DNA of 64,000 nucleotides from Phoronis australis (GCA_002633005.1 NMRA01000031.1:657185-721184); one strand, 5' to 3'; counted from the first letter of the stretch, positions 12,701-25,811 are shown. The notes: generated by a model from the letters alone, not told the origin. Numbers and translations are program-made.

Positions 12701-14832
12701 TATGACGACTGATTAGCAAAGATAAACTGTAACCATTCGACTTGATATCACGGTGGTTGACGCTCGCGCCAAGAACCTACGATCTCCTAACAACTTCCAA
12801 AGTTTAGGTAAGTGGGGTGGCAGGCGTGCCTTTTATTCATTCATTGTTTCATGTAGGGGCATAATTTCTGAACTTCCGATGCAAACAAATTAAAAATTTT
12901 CAACCATCTTTAAAGTCAATTAGTGTCTTGTAGTGAAGTTTACATGTGCAATGGAAAGTTTATTAATTAACAGCAATCAATTTCTTTTGTTTCTTAACAT
13001 ACAATCTATACAAGTATCGCGTTGCAGAAATTACAAACCATTTGGTGTAACTTTTTTTCTGTCATCTGTAAATGGAATTGAAAAATCTATAAAGATCCAA
13101 AATGACACACGGTTTGTCTCATGTGAATGGGTGATGGACTCGATTGATAAATATAGTTTACCGACAATATAAGTCTCTGTATCGTATTACGCTTTACTAT
13201 TATTTATAGTGGTGGTTGGATTTTCACTGTCAATAATACATCATTATTATTAGTTGTATTGCTAATAGCAATCACCAGTTTGATATGAATTTTTGCCCAC
13301 GAGATCAAGAAAAATCGAACTTAATCCAAATTTGCCACGAATCAAAAAAATTTTGCAATTCAGTGGCTAGACGAGAGAGCGTGACAGTGTTATCGGTGTC
13401 CACCTACCATGGCGTTTGTAAAAAATAATTTCGAGGTGTCTGGTTCGCGTTGTACCAGGCGCGCGCAGGCAGCTCAGGTGAGCCCGTGGCACTAATAACT
13501 ACGCAAAAGACTAATATTGGCATAATTAAATGTTGATTAGTTCAAAATCATGTATAGTAAATTGATGTAAGACATAACTTCAAAATTACAAATGATTTTG
13601 AGATTTAAATTTGACTTGTGTTTCACACGAGTACTTATAGTGCAGGTTGTCATGAGAAGACGCTTCCTCCCAGACATATAATAAAAACATGGCCACTGTT
13701 AGCATTGTTATACAAATACGTAGGCGTTATACGGACAAGGGTTTATGGAAAGTACCACTATCGTTGTGACAGTCCCACGTTGACACTTCTGAATAAATGA
13801 CGAGAATATTCACCTGGAGTCTTTTATTCGATAAATATCTAATCGCCTTCATTCGTCATGGAGGTGTCAAACAACTTGGTATATAACGGCACTTATTAGT
13901 TCATATTCATGATTGCAATTGAAAACTGTGGCACAAATCTTTAGCTCAAAATATGAAATTGGTCGTGAGTGATTTTTCGATGCATTTATTGTCTCAAAGT
14001 AAAGAAAGGGAAAAAATTAAAAGCTTTCGTTCAATCAAATACGTTTTCAATTTCGGTTTTTACGTTACAAAATATTTTATAGAGGTATTTTGCTGACTTT
14101 TGATGCATTTTATGCTGGAGGAGGATATCTGAATTGTGCCGTTTCAAATGAGTTGCGGTCCTGCAATTCGTTAGCTTGTGTGCACATAAGTAGAGATATC
14201 GGAGTCTATATGTGTCGGTGTCGCTTTTTGATATTACCATTCCCCATAAAAAACTAACAACGACATGTTCAGGTCATATATATCAACCAATTTATTTTAG
14301 GGATTCATTTTGCCTTAGATTTCTGACATTCAATAGTGATAAGCGTACAACAGCCTCGTTTAACACCCTCGCCCCGAAAAAATCTGCAAACGGGCCAAGA
14401 AATAGTTCGTGAACGCCAACGGAAATCTCGATGTTTTCGCTCATGTTCGAGCTGGCTAACACAATTTTCCGTTGATGCTTCCCCGGATGTGATATCAGAT
14501 CACGTGTTACCGAAACAACTCCCTTACCGTGGCATTGTGGGCAGCACAACAGTTGGCCACATGATATTTATGATGCCTTGTTTTATAAACTCGATTTCTA
14601 AACACTGACTGCCTACTTTTAAAAAGTTTACTAATTATTTGAGTTTTTGTTTTTGGTATCTGAATATGTAAAGTTGTGTCCCACGAGAAGTAAAATGAAG
14701 TAGGCGTGATAAACAGGCAGAACTGACACCTGGTGTGTTTTATCACCTGCAACCCCCTAAATGTGAGGCCTGTGAATATGCTACCGCTAAATGTCGTGGG
14801 ACAAATTACTCATCTATACGGCGAATTGAACA

Positions 14833-15016
14833 GAGGACTTGTGTATTTTCAGTGCTTTAACCAATATATTAGTGAGTCTGAGGACTTGTGTATATTCAGT
14901 GCTTTACTGAATATATTAGTGAGTCTGAGGACTTGTGTATATTCAGTGCTTTACTGAATGTATTAGTGAGTCCGATGACTTGTGTATATTCAGTGCTTTA
15001 ACCAATACATTAGTGA
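14833..15016 (+). repeat. Minisatellite, 4 x 47 bp
   Basis: GAGGACTTGTGTATATTCAGTGCTTTA..ATTAGTGAGTCT units start at 14833, 14880, 14927 and 14974. Confidence 0.95.
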
Positions 15017-15878
15017 ATACCAAATCAGTAAATGTGCAATCGTACACTTTGTCTGCATTCATGCATTTTTGCACAGTTAGGTCGATACGAACTTGCATTT
15101 TTACGAACGTGCGGTTGCGGTAGTAACACGTCATAGCCCGCCAATTGTATTTAACCACAGCTCTTGTGTAAAATATTTTATCGAATTTCTTAGTTTTCAG
15201 GAAATTTAATGTAAACGGTTAATCATTACTCTTAGCCGTTTGTGTACTTGCCCGATTAGAATTGTACAGGATAGATGTTCGTGCTTTGCCTCCCGAACAA
15301 ATACTAAATAACTGTAGTTGTAGTGCTTCGTGTTAACACACATAAACTGTCCACATCAGTGTGGGTTCACAAGCGGGGACAGATGCTCTGGCGAATCACT
15401 TTGCGTCGCTGCAGTGGCGGATTCACAGCGTCCCCTATTGTCGTTCATTGTTGGACTTCGCAATCACAATAACTCCTTCAAACCTCGCCTGGTGGCGTTC
15501 TCCGGCATATTTATTTTTGCGAATAGCAACCAATATCTCTTTCTTTAGTATTTGCACGGCCCCACATTGTGAGAACCAGTTGTCTCCATTGAATAACTGG
15601 TATCAAAAACTGGTTCAAACTCCGGGACCCGTGTAGGCATTTTGGACTGAATCTTTATGTCTAGTATTCCGTCGATAGGTGAATGTCTCCCAGTTTCATT
15701 GATATGTCAAACGTTTCATTCTAATCAACGTGCAGTGCGTTTTGATTTGATTGAATTTGCGTTACTTTTCCGCGGTAACAAATCATTACTTGTTAAATAA
15801 AAGACATTTGATACGATATCTCATCAATACGGTGGCTGTAAAAGGACAGCACGGCAACGTTTTTTTTCCGTTGCTAAC

Positions 15879-16203
15879 TGTATCGATAGACTTCCTATCT
15901 CTATCGATAGACTTATTATCTCTATCGATAGACTTACAATCTCTATCGATAGACTTACTAACAATATCGATAGAATTAATATCTCTATCGATAGAGTTGG
16001 TAAATCTATCGATAGATTTATCAACTCTATCGATAGATTTACCAACTCTATCGATAGACTTACTAACTTTATCGATAGACTTTCTATCTCTATCGATAGA
16101 CTTACAATCTCTATCGATAGACTTACTAACACTATCGATAGACTTACTATCTCTATCCATCGACTTAGTAAATCTATCGATAGACTTAGCTAGTCTATCA
16201 ATG
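15879..16203. repeat. Left subterminal array: about 16 x 21 bp (12-bp palindrome TCTATCGATAGA plus variable 9-mer)
   Basis: TATCGATA recurs at 15881, 15902, 15923 and onward to 16196 with an exact 21-bp period. Confidence 0.95.
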
Positions 16204-17598
16204 TCCCTATTTAGAACTTCTGCCATAGCGACAAGTGCAACGGATGTTTAAACATTTAAATGATCTTGTATGAATCTTCTGATGTTTTATATCTGTCATA
16301 CCTCCAACAGGGAATTGCTACGGAATACTAATCACTGGTCACTTGTCTCGGCATACAATTCAGATGCAGACACGACTAACTCATGTTGGCTTTATAAGCC
16401 ATTATCCCGAGGGTGGGGCACAGACGCCATATTTGGTTAGGGAGGTGCCGCTGGAACCTTGAAATTGGCGACCATTTTTGCACCTTGCAATTCAATGGTT
16501 TAAAACTTCGTTCTGGGTTTGTCAGTAACTGGGTAACCATAACATACCTGAGCTAGCTTTCAGTGTCCCTCATTGCTAATACGTTTGCGATATTGTCTAA
16601 AATCATGGTTCTTACATCACTGCACTGTTGCTTTCAAGTTTGACAGTATATTGGCATTTGCTGTGGCTCAGGAACTCATCTGTAGGCACCGAACAGAATG
16701 CTGAACTGTGGAAATTGTTTTTTATTTGAGTAGATAAGCTTTTTGTAATGTATAAGTTGATTTGTTGCTGCATATACATGTACTTGGATTGTTTAGCTCA
16801 CAGTACATACTGAGTGTGGAGCTAACTGTGAGCAAGATATGTGTGAGATGGATTTAAGTCGTTCTTTTTCTTTCAACGAAATTGGAATTGGCATATATTC
16901 GTATTATACATGTATATACAAATGAGAATTTTCCGTTAAAAGTACATACATAATGTGGCGGTAACTGTAAGCAAGATTCACGTACGTTTAAGATGGTTTT
17001 CGAAAGTCAACGATTCGTCACTTTAGAAGGTTAGGCCTATCGTCAATAGCTGAAAGTGTGCTAACCATTGCTTCGAAGTGCCAAGTTTTAACTGCCTGTT
17101 TATCACGTGCAACCAGGTTGTGTGCAGCTGCCCGTACGACAGTATTGATAATTTATGAGACTTGTTATTGAGTGATGTGGAGTTACTGGATTTAAGAGCT
17201 TGAGTATTTATTTTTTCTAAATAAATATTCAATAAATACTGATTACGTTTCACTGCAGACATTCACATCTATTATGACAATTGTAACACACAGTGTGACA
17301 TCGGAACTACTTGTTTTTATTCGTTATGGGCAATTATTTATTATAAGACCTCCTAAAGGGAGAACGAGATAAAACACAATGAATAGCTGATAACAGACAA
17401 ATTAAAATTAAATTAAAATGCTCTGGTGATACGAACTCGTCATGAGAGAAGAGTTGAGTCAACGAAAAGGGACTGTCACCCGGATTAGACGTGTTGTTTG
17501 GCTCACTTTTTGAAACGTTATGTCTTCGAATATAGGCCCATGCACCTAAATGCGACCATGTACGGCACACAGTCATTGTAGCATACGAACTAAATAGT

Positions 17599-19222
17599 CT
17601 ACAGTGCAGCTCCAATGACGTTCCTCAGCTGGATGTACACGTCTGCAGCCACTGTAGCGTTATTGGGCGTTTCTAATCCGTGCTCTGCCATCAGCATAGT
17701 ACACAGCTCGTAGAAGTCGTCATCGCAGGGACGGTAAGACATAGAGGCACACTCCTGTTGGCAGGCTAAAACTTTTTGTTCGTCTGCAGGACAAAGACAA
17801 TCTCTTGTCCCATACGTTTCAGGACGAGTGTACATCAGAATGACCTCCCATGGTTCAAGTACATATTTCCGGATGTTGTGTGTATTCCTCAGATGACAGA
17901 ATTCGTCAATTCCCTTCCGCAAAATAACTACACCAAAAAGTTTTGTCACGACACGACAATTTCCTTTTTCCAACATAAAGTCATGACTGCAATAGCTATG
18001 TTTTAACAGGAAGTCAATGGTTGCTCGTCCCATCGGTTACAAACTGGCGTAAACATGACATTTCAACGGAAACTATAAGACAGACATTGTCATTCTTTTT
18101 AGAAAAAGTTACAAATAAGTATATTATTTTGCAAAACGGTTATAAAGTTTACGGAATTGCAATTGTAAAAAATTACACCATTCGTATATTCTAGTCATAC
18201 GGTTTTTGTCCAATAATTCCGAAGCTAATCAACGATAGATCATAAGACATGACTAGTGTATTGAGCGAGCAGATCTGTATTGTTACTGAAAGTTGAAGGT
18301 CTGTCACGAGAAACGTTGCCAAACTTTTAAGTTCATTCTGTCATCAAACTCAAAGCAGTTTCATACAGCAACACCCAGAAAAAAACTCAAATGCGCATGA
18401 CCGTATGATATCCATGAAACATAATCTGACAAGTTCTTTATCAAGATTACCTCCAGTAAAGATACCAAGACCTTGGAATTCGTAAAAAATGAAATCCAAA
18501 ACTCAATGTTTTCTTTTCTGAGGACCTTCCACCATGATCCAATACGTTGACTGGCGGTGCTTTGGCCGCATAGAAAGCTGTTTGGTCTCGCAAGCATATC
18601 GTTGTCATCCTCACGTAAGAATTCTCGCATCTGGCGCCACGTGGGAATTTTCCGTACAACGGTCGAATCGAATCATTTTTGGATTGCCTTCATAATTAGG
18701 AACGAACGATACATATTAGCGTACAAGGATCACAGGGACTCTGTTTGTCTTGTGGGCGTCAACCCATGATACGTATCTTAAATAAGCGTCAATACAGCCA
18801 TTAATACATATGTCGTATGGCTTTAACTTGTTCTAAGAGTCCATATGCCAAACGGCATTCGGACCGCCGACTTCATATCTCCTCCTAACAAGTCGTTTAC
18901 AACGTCTTGCTTCAACTCCAAAAGGATCGACAAGTGCTGAATTATCTCGTGGTACAGTTAAACCATTTGCTGCGTACTTCTGATCCAAAAGTTTATAACC
19001 CTGCATCTGACCTGAACCCGAGGCTTGTTCTTCAACAAAACGAACCACTTCATCAAAATCTGGCATATATTAAAGGCGCCGAAGTCCATAAGTTGCCAAA
19101 ACACTTCGCAATTGCCTTGTGCTTAGTGACGCTCCAAACCGACGCATGAGAACCTTTACTATTTCATTTTGACTCAGTCCTAGCTTGAATAAATCGACAA
19201 GATGTTTGTTTCGGTCTTCCAT
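17599..19222 (-). pseudogene. IS3EU DDE transposase (N-terminal HTH plus integrase-like core), frameshifted, one probable intron at about 17922-18402
   Basis: Collinear fragments: MEDRNKHLVDLFKLGLSQNEIVKVL..SLSTRQLRSVLATYGLRR; SGSGQMQGYK..VDPFGVEARRCKRLVRRRYEVGGPNAVWHMDS*NKLKPYDICINGCIDAY; SFLCGQSTASQRIGSWWKVLRK; DEFCHLRNTHNIR..MYTRPETYGTRD..CDDDFYELC..VYIQLR. Confidence 0.87.
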
Positions 19223-19267
19223 ATTAATTTGAAACCGAAGTACATGTAGCAACCTCGATGTCGTAAC

Positions 19268-19510
19268 TCTATCGACAGACTTATTAACTCTATCGACAGA
19301 CTTAATAATTCTATCGATACAGCTCACATGTCTAGCTATAGACTTATGAACTGTATCGATAGAATTATTAAGTCTGTCGATAGAGTTACTAAATCTATCG
19401 AGAGGTAGCAAGTCCATCGATAGAGTTAGTATGTCTACCGATAGTTAGTTAATAAGTCTAACGATAGAGTAAATAAGCCTATCGATAGAGATAGCAAGTC
19501 TATCGATAGA
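19268..19510. repeat. Right subterminal array: about 12 x 21 bp with the same core
   Basis: Core at 19270, 19291, 19312 and onward to 19480, 19501; more degenerate than the left array. Confidence 0.92.
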
Positions 19511-19963
19511 GTTAGCAACAGAGAAAAAAGTTGCCGTGCCGTCCTTTTACAGCCACCGTACATTAACCAGGGATATGACGAGACTTGCCTGTCACAGTGC
19601 GTCGTCGCTGCGTTGTCTCATGTAAATTGTTTATGCTTCTTTCTCTCTCCACGTGACGCTAGTATCGTCTTTGCCAATGCGTTGTCCAGATTATTAAATA
19701 AATTAAACACCGCTTTGAAGCGAATTAATTGCAAACTGTGTTAACAAATCGATTTTCTCTTTTCTCTTGCTAAGTTATATGTAAGACCCAATACATTTGG
19801 CAAAACATCAACTTCATCGCAGTTTTTAGTTTGTTGATTAATTCTTATTACGAACAATGATTGCAGGGCACCTATCAGTACACAAATCAAGCATAAAATT
19901 GCCAGGTGTACGCGTTACCAATAGGGTTCATTTAAATACCTACTTCCAAACTTTTCACTGTTT

Positions 19964-20471
19964 AGGCCCTTTCATATTGATTTAACTCCGGTCTGAGGGG
20001 AGCGTCGACGTAAACAGCGCAGTGAACTGGACCGTTCATACTGGCTTTGGTAGTTAATGAACATCAAAGTAAGCGGTTGTGTGCCGCTGTCGTCATCAAA
20101 GTTATCGCAAGGTAGCGTTGTACGCTAAGATTTTTTTCAATGTTTCAATTTGGAAATATTTACAAGTGCTAAGTGACATTAAACTTATTTTTAAATCGAT
20201 TGGTTATTGTTAGAGCAAAATATAAGCAGCTATTAGTGGCGGCACTACCTTGTAACTGTTGACGATAACAGTGGCACCTGGCGATAACTTCTATTGGACC
20301 GGAGTTAAGCATTCATACTGCACCGCAGCGTCGACGCTGCGGTCTTTAATCCACCTGTTAACTGAGATGTTAATTGGAGCTGTTAACTGCGATCCAGGAC
20401 CGGAGTTAAGCGTTCATACTGACCGCAACTCCCCAAACCACCGACGCGTCGACGTTAGTATGAAAGGCCCT
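19964..20471. mobile_element. MITE, possibly PIF/Harbinger-like
   Basis: AGGCCCTTTCATA / TATGAAAGGCCCT termini; internal repeats GCGTCGACG, GGACCGGAGTTAAGC and TTCATACTG; TTT on both flanks. Confidence 0.6.
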
Positions 20472-23045
20472 TTTGAGAATCAAGTAAATGTAACTGATAA
20501 GTGACAATGAATAATAAATAACTCCTTGATTAAACGTTTAGATTTAAAAATGCTAATGTGCAGTGTTGTATCGCCACCGCCACACTGGACTCCACAGTGT
20601 GGACAAAAATCTCCGTTACAGAGAGAATGCAATATCTAGGATAAATATGAAGACCACAGAACCAATCGACAATATCCAGGAATCACAGTACCAGTCAACC
20701 ACTACAGTCACATAGTTGACTGCTTGTGACGTAGTAGGAGACCACGTGACAAATTTCCTCTCGTCTTTGGAGTATTGACGATTATATTAAAGTTAAATAT
20801 AAGGACTATAATGCAGTGTAAATTTTGATATTAACGTGTCGCTGACGAGCGTTCAATTAGTAATTTAAAACCTCAATGACAAATCTACGGACAGCCAGTA
20901 GTGCCATTTTGAAGTGACGTCAAAGATATTTTTTTTCAAAATTTCTCCAAATTGGCGCTATTTGGCTTCCGTACAAATCCATCTTTCTAAACAAAATGCA
21001 AGAAAGAAAGGACGACGTCATCCAGTTAGGCTCAAGTTACTCCATATGTCCAAGAATTCAACTTTGTAGTCTATACAAAGGCAGACTTCGATGGACACTT
21101 AGACGCTGCTTGTGCCCTCCAATTCGGCCATGAACGAAAACAACGGCGGCATACGTTTTAGAGCTGTTGTGACCGTTTGCCTTTTGAAAGTTGTGGTCGA
21201 CTGGCATTGAGACATTCTAAATTTGATACTTTTTCTCGTCACAAAACGACAGAAAAAACAATATATATTGATGGGAAACCCATCTCCTGTAGATCTACCT
21301 CCTCTGTACTTTACCTGACCTCTTCATTACGATTATAACACCCCATCTCATCATTTGATGGGCTATTGATAAAAACATTACATACCTCATTCATGGAATA
21401 CTTATCAGCGGAAATAAACCTTTAGCGCGCGCCAGTGTTCAAGAGTAACCGTCCATCCTATGTATAGCTTTCACTTTAAAACCTTGTTATCTACGCGAAT
21501 AATGCCACTAGCCAAGGAGTGGTAGGTAAACAGAAATCTTGTCGTTGGTTGAGTTTTTCAAATAACCGAGACTCGAGTATGGATTTCAGTAATTCAAATG
21601 GATTAAATGCTAGTGGAAACTAGTGGCATTTAACAAACACTCATCACAGTTGCGTTGCATCGGAAGGCTTTTTTATAGTCAATAAAATCTTATTACGTCG
21701 TAACGCCCTCTCACTTATAAGTCATTAATTTTTATCCAACGAAATTACACGAGTTGAAATTGCATTTTACCCTAGTTAAAAAGCGAAATTCGAATTAAAT
21801 CTTTTCCTCTTCTATAATCGGTCTCACCCGTAATACAATTGCATTTCGGTTACCACCTCAAGTCACAGGGAATGTGTACACGCGCCATTTTCGAATTCAA
21901 ATTTTAGGGTTTGCTCCCCCCAATAAAATCGTTTTTTGAGTCACTGATGGTTACTATGCTATTGTTGTTAACGGAAATTGACGGAAGGAGAATGTCATCA
22001 CGGTAAAAACTTATGAAACTGATTTTATGAGAGAAAAGGCCTGGTTTGATTCTTGTTTTTAGTCCGCTAAACACGGCAAAATACCCCTTTAAGGCTAATT
22101 TCCAAAGGATGCCAAACCTGACTGTGGCCCATTAACAGGTAATAAACGACCATTGCCATTCAGTTTTCTGAAACAAACTAATGTTCCGTATCCTTCGAAA
22201 ACCTTCAAACTCAAAAATTTGGAGCAAAGTTTGAAAACTCTTCACAAAGTCTGATAAACGTACAAGCGTGACCTACTGTTTACATGCGCGCACCCAGCCT
22301 AAAATATAGGGGGGCTCGAATTGCTCGATATGCGGACCTTTTACTGAAAAAAGTCACCGAGGACTAAAAAATAAACGGGGCCACTGCCAGTAGGTTCAGG
22401 CATGCCAATCGTACATTCGCGCCGATTTCCTGTGGACTTTGTGAACTGTATGGACTTTTGTCTCGTTTACTCGGACTTTTTGTTTCACTGAGGCGGACCT
22501 TTTTGCCCAATTCGCCAAATTGGGGGGCTCCGTTTCCCCGCTCCACTGCAGACCTTCGTTGCGCCCGTTTCAGCCCCGCCTTGATCTCAGGTAGTGCACC
22601 GGTCCTCTATTTAGATTCAAGGTGTTCTATTTTTTCCCGCGGGCCGTTTTTTCGGGGACGCGGAGGGAGGGTGGCCAGTTTCGTACCAGCAGCGAGATTT
22701 GGTCAGATGTTTTACCTAAGCTATGTTCTGATTTGTATGCGAATTTCAACATTTCAAATTGTCTGACAGTTCTCCCAATTTCTGTAACTTTTCTGAGATA
22801 ACTATGTATTCCAATGACTTCAGATACATACTATTCCTTTTTGGTAACTTTTTTGAGAAACGGAGATAGAAATACAATTGTACTGCAAACCAAAAAGCGT
22901 GCTACTCGAGTGACATTGTGAGCTGAGGGCGCAGTGATCAAAACCCACGTTTATCATCTGGATTATGAACCTCCTCTTTGACTGACGAATCAAGAAGCAG
23001 ATGTCAGACATTGGTAATAGAGCAGGGCCGTAGGAAGCGGGAGGC

Positions 23046-23160
23046 NNNNNNNNNNNNNNNNNNNNNNNNNNNNNNNNNNNNNNNNNNNNNNNNNNNNNNN
23101 NNNNNNNNNNNNNNNNNNNNNNNNNNNNNNNNNNNNNNNNNNNNNNNNNNNNNNNNNNNN
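23046..23160. other. Assembly gap (115 N)
   Basis: Run of N. Confidence 1.
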
Positions 23161-23854
23161 GAATTGTCACTCTTTTTCAAGCTTAATAATGTGTAGCCTT
23201 TCATCTTAGGTGTCCCATTTCAGACGGGACTCCCTCTCGGTGGAGCGGTTCGGGTGTCCCTCTATACATGTAAATCCTACACTGCCAAGTATTCACGAGG
23301 GAAGTTGAGATTCCAAATTCATCGAAAACACTAAACAACCGTGCACAGCACAGCAGTATCAAAAATGTGAAAAATACAATGGGATTGACTACCATCAAAA
23401 AGTTGGAATTTTGAAGAATGTGAAGATCACTATTTGTGAATTACATAAAAAGGCTATTTCCGATGGTTAGTTATAAATAATGTTATATTTTTCCAATAAT
23501 ATCACAAGAATAGTATTTCTTTTGAAGGTCGATAGTAGGAACTGTTTGTAAAGAATTCACAACTGTCGAAAAAACTGTGGGCTACGATTTGTGATGACCG
23601 TGTACATGTCGAACGGGGGTATTCAAAATACTCCCAATAATAAACAAATATTTCAGCGTTTTCTTTTGTTGGAGTTCAAGTTAAACTCGTGAACCGTTAT
23701 AGGTACCTAGGAAATGAGCAAAAATATACACCTTAATATGAATGCACCGTCTCCCATGTTCCCCGGGTTACCCGTCAAAACTCTACGAGCATGCCTGCGG
23801 AAATTGTTTATAACATTCCGTTTTGATAAGCAAATTCGTTGGTTTCTGATTTAC

Positions 23855-24525
23855 GTGTCTACGAAATCCGACAGGTTAATAGATGTTTTTTGGCAATTAG
23901 AAGCTAATATTTTAAGAAATGATGATGTTTCAGTGAATTAAGTTGAAGCCTGAGTATGGAAAAAACTCTATAATCAGATCCCTAAATAGTAAAGTGCACT
24001 TGGACGCTTCTTGCCCGTCTAAAATAACTATCAAGGACCTTGATGAAATTTGGACAATTCCCAAAAAATTACATACATTTCAAATGACAATAAATGCATT
24101 GCTGTTTGACTTCGGTACAAGATTTGTCGTTTAAACTCACTAACAGGGGATCAAAAAGTAATTAAGTCATTAAATCAAGGTAAACGTATTGCATAATACA
24201 TAATTACATTTTATGTGTCTACGAAAATGAGCTGATTGACAGACGATTTTTGTACAATTAGAAGCTAATCTTGTAAGAAATGAGAATGCTTCGACGAACT
24301 TAGTTGCAGGTAGACATTGAGAAAATTCGATCTACATGTATCATCAGATCCCCAAATATAAAAGTACACTAAACGATTTGATTTGTCTATCTGAAATAAG
24401 TCTCAAAGATAATGATGAATGTCGGGCAACTCTACAAAGTGTCCTAAAATTTTCTCACAATTCAAACGACAATAAGTTGTTTATTGACTTAGGAAATAGA
24501 TTAGTGGGTTTAATATCACAAACCG
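23855..24525 (+). repeat. Diverged tandem duplication, period about 360 bp
   Basis: GTGTCTACGAAA, CAATTAGAAGCTAAT, TAAGAAATGA, ATCAGATCCC, TGATGAA, GACAATAA and TTGACTT occur collinearly from 23855 and from 24215. Confidence 0.8.
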
Positions 24526-24980
24526 TAGATCGAAAAAGAAGTTTAAGTACTTAAATAAATAAAATTAAACTTATTGCTCATCAACTTGGAAAGGCTCTCT
24601 TTGCACTTCCTTGGTGTTGTTAGATTCCAATAGTATTGCGCAATGAATTTTCTTCAAAACTGAATCATTTACACACACGGAGCGCGTCATGACTGACGCA
24701 ACCACGAAGGTGCAACCATGCACTGGGCCTGCGCAGAATCTCAGTGATCCACGGGAGCTGGATTTGAACTCCAGGCGTTGAAGTGTGTACATTTTTGGGA
24801 CTCACTCTGTATCATTTCTCCGAGCCACAAGAAACTTGACTACCGGCTGTGTTTCATCAAGGAATTTTGAAACGTCCACAAAGGCACTCATACCAGGGAC
24901 CACAGGACCTCACCTTTCCAAAAAATTCCTTCAAAAATGGCTAGGATTAAATGAAGTTTTCCTGAAACTCGATCATAAAA

Positions 24981-25073
24981 CAGTGGCGGATCTAGGATAT
25001 CGTAAGGGGGGGCCCAACATTTGTCCGGCTGTAAGCATTTGCGCATAGTACCGAATGGGGGAGGTCGGGAGGG
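24981..25073 (+). repeat. Dispersed repeat end, same family as 2127-2236
   Basis: CAGTGGCGGATCTAGGATATC..GGGGG..CAACATTT..CCGAATGGG..GAGGTCGGGAGGG shared. Confidence 0.65.
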
Positions 25074-25191
25074 TTTTTTTTTCCTCTAAACATCAAGCAT
25101 TTTCCTTGATTCCTAAAGTATTATCCAAAAAAGGCAACAAAGGCAAAAAAAACGGACAACGTGTCAAACAGGAAAACTGCAAAATACCAAT

Positions 25192-25240
25192 GACTCGAAC
25201 TCACTAGAGCGCGCATGGTTAACCACTACACCACCACGAC
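25192..25240 (-). repeat. tRNA-derived SINE head fragment
   Basis: Minus strand GTGGTGTAGTGGTTAACC..GAGTTCGAGTC shows A-box and B-box-like motifs with compressed spacing; no full cloverleaf. Confidence 0.4.
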
Positions 25241-25742
25241 TTCACTAGTGATAGTATACTAAGAGACCTATACTACTTGTTTATGGTCCACAGCGTTTGC
25301 GCGTGAAACCTACTTCTTTTTGTAATGCTTATTACACGTTTTATATTTTGTGCAATCGGTTCTTAACAAATTTGTTGTATTTAAAATAGTCTTCAAATGC
25401 CCAAAAGACCAAATCCGTTTTTCGTGTTGGCTTAGGAAATCGTCTTAAGTTAAGGTTCGACAAAGAGAGAACTATGAATTTCTGAGTGATTCACTAAGGC
25501 TTCGATTAAAATTCACATGTTACCAGCAGCTTCGGTTTTTCCGTCGTCACTCAGGTTCCATTTTCTTTAAAAAATGAAGTAAATTGTCTTCATTGCACAG
25601 TGGAGCAGACGACGGAAACGGAGTCGTAGTGCGCAGCGCCACTGCCGGTCGCCTGGGATATCGCGGGAGAGCCAATACTTAGCCATAGTTCCGTTACGAA
25701 TAAGCCGTGTTCCGAATTTGACACTTGAAATTGGATCTGAGC

Positions 25743-25811
25743 NNNNNNNNNNNNNNNNNNNNNNNNNNNNNNNNNNNNNNNNNNNNNNNNNNNNNNNNNN
25801 NNNNNNNNNNN
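25743..25811. other. Assembly gap (69 N)
   Basis: Run of N. Confidence 1.

Larger units (their letters stand above)
15828..19560 (-). mobile_element. IS3EU-type DNA transposon with both ends present, decayed
   Basis: TIRs TACGGTGGCTGTAAAAGGAC(A/G)GCACGGCAAC at 15828 and inverted ending at 19560. Flanks CATCAA / CATTAA give a 6-bp TSD with one mismatch. TAY..RTA termini and 6-bp TSD are IS3EU hallmarks. Confidence 0.88.

Noticed and set aside
14292-14608. THAP-domain-like fragment (VANCCAAHN / CCPQCH)
   Set aside because: No conserved W, CxxHF or AVP motif in any consistent frame.
15879-16203. CRISPR-like repeat-spacer array
   Set aside because: Repeat is 12 bp and spacers 9 bp and mutually related; no cas genes; the array is mirrored at the other end of a TIR transposon in eukaryotic DNA.
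15751-16251. Overlapping heptad ORFs (LSIDL / SIDR repeats) as coiled-coil proteins
   Set aside because: Artefact of the 21-bp palindromic repeat being open on both strands; the ORFs cross the element boundary.
25192-25240. Functional tRNA gene
   Set aside because: Too short and lacks acceptor and anticodon arms; only promoter-box-like motifs remain.
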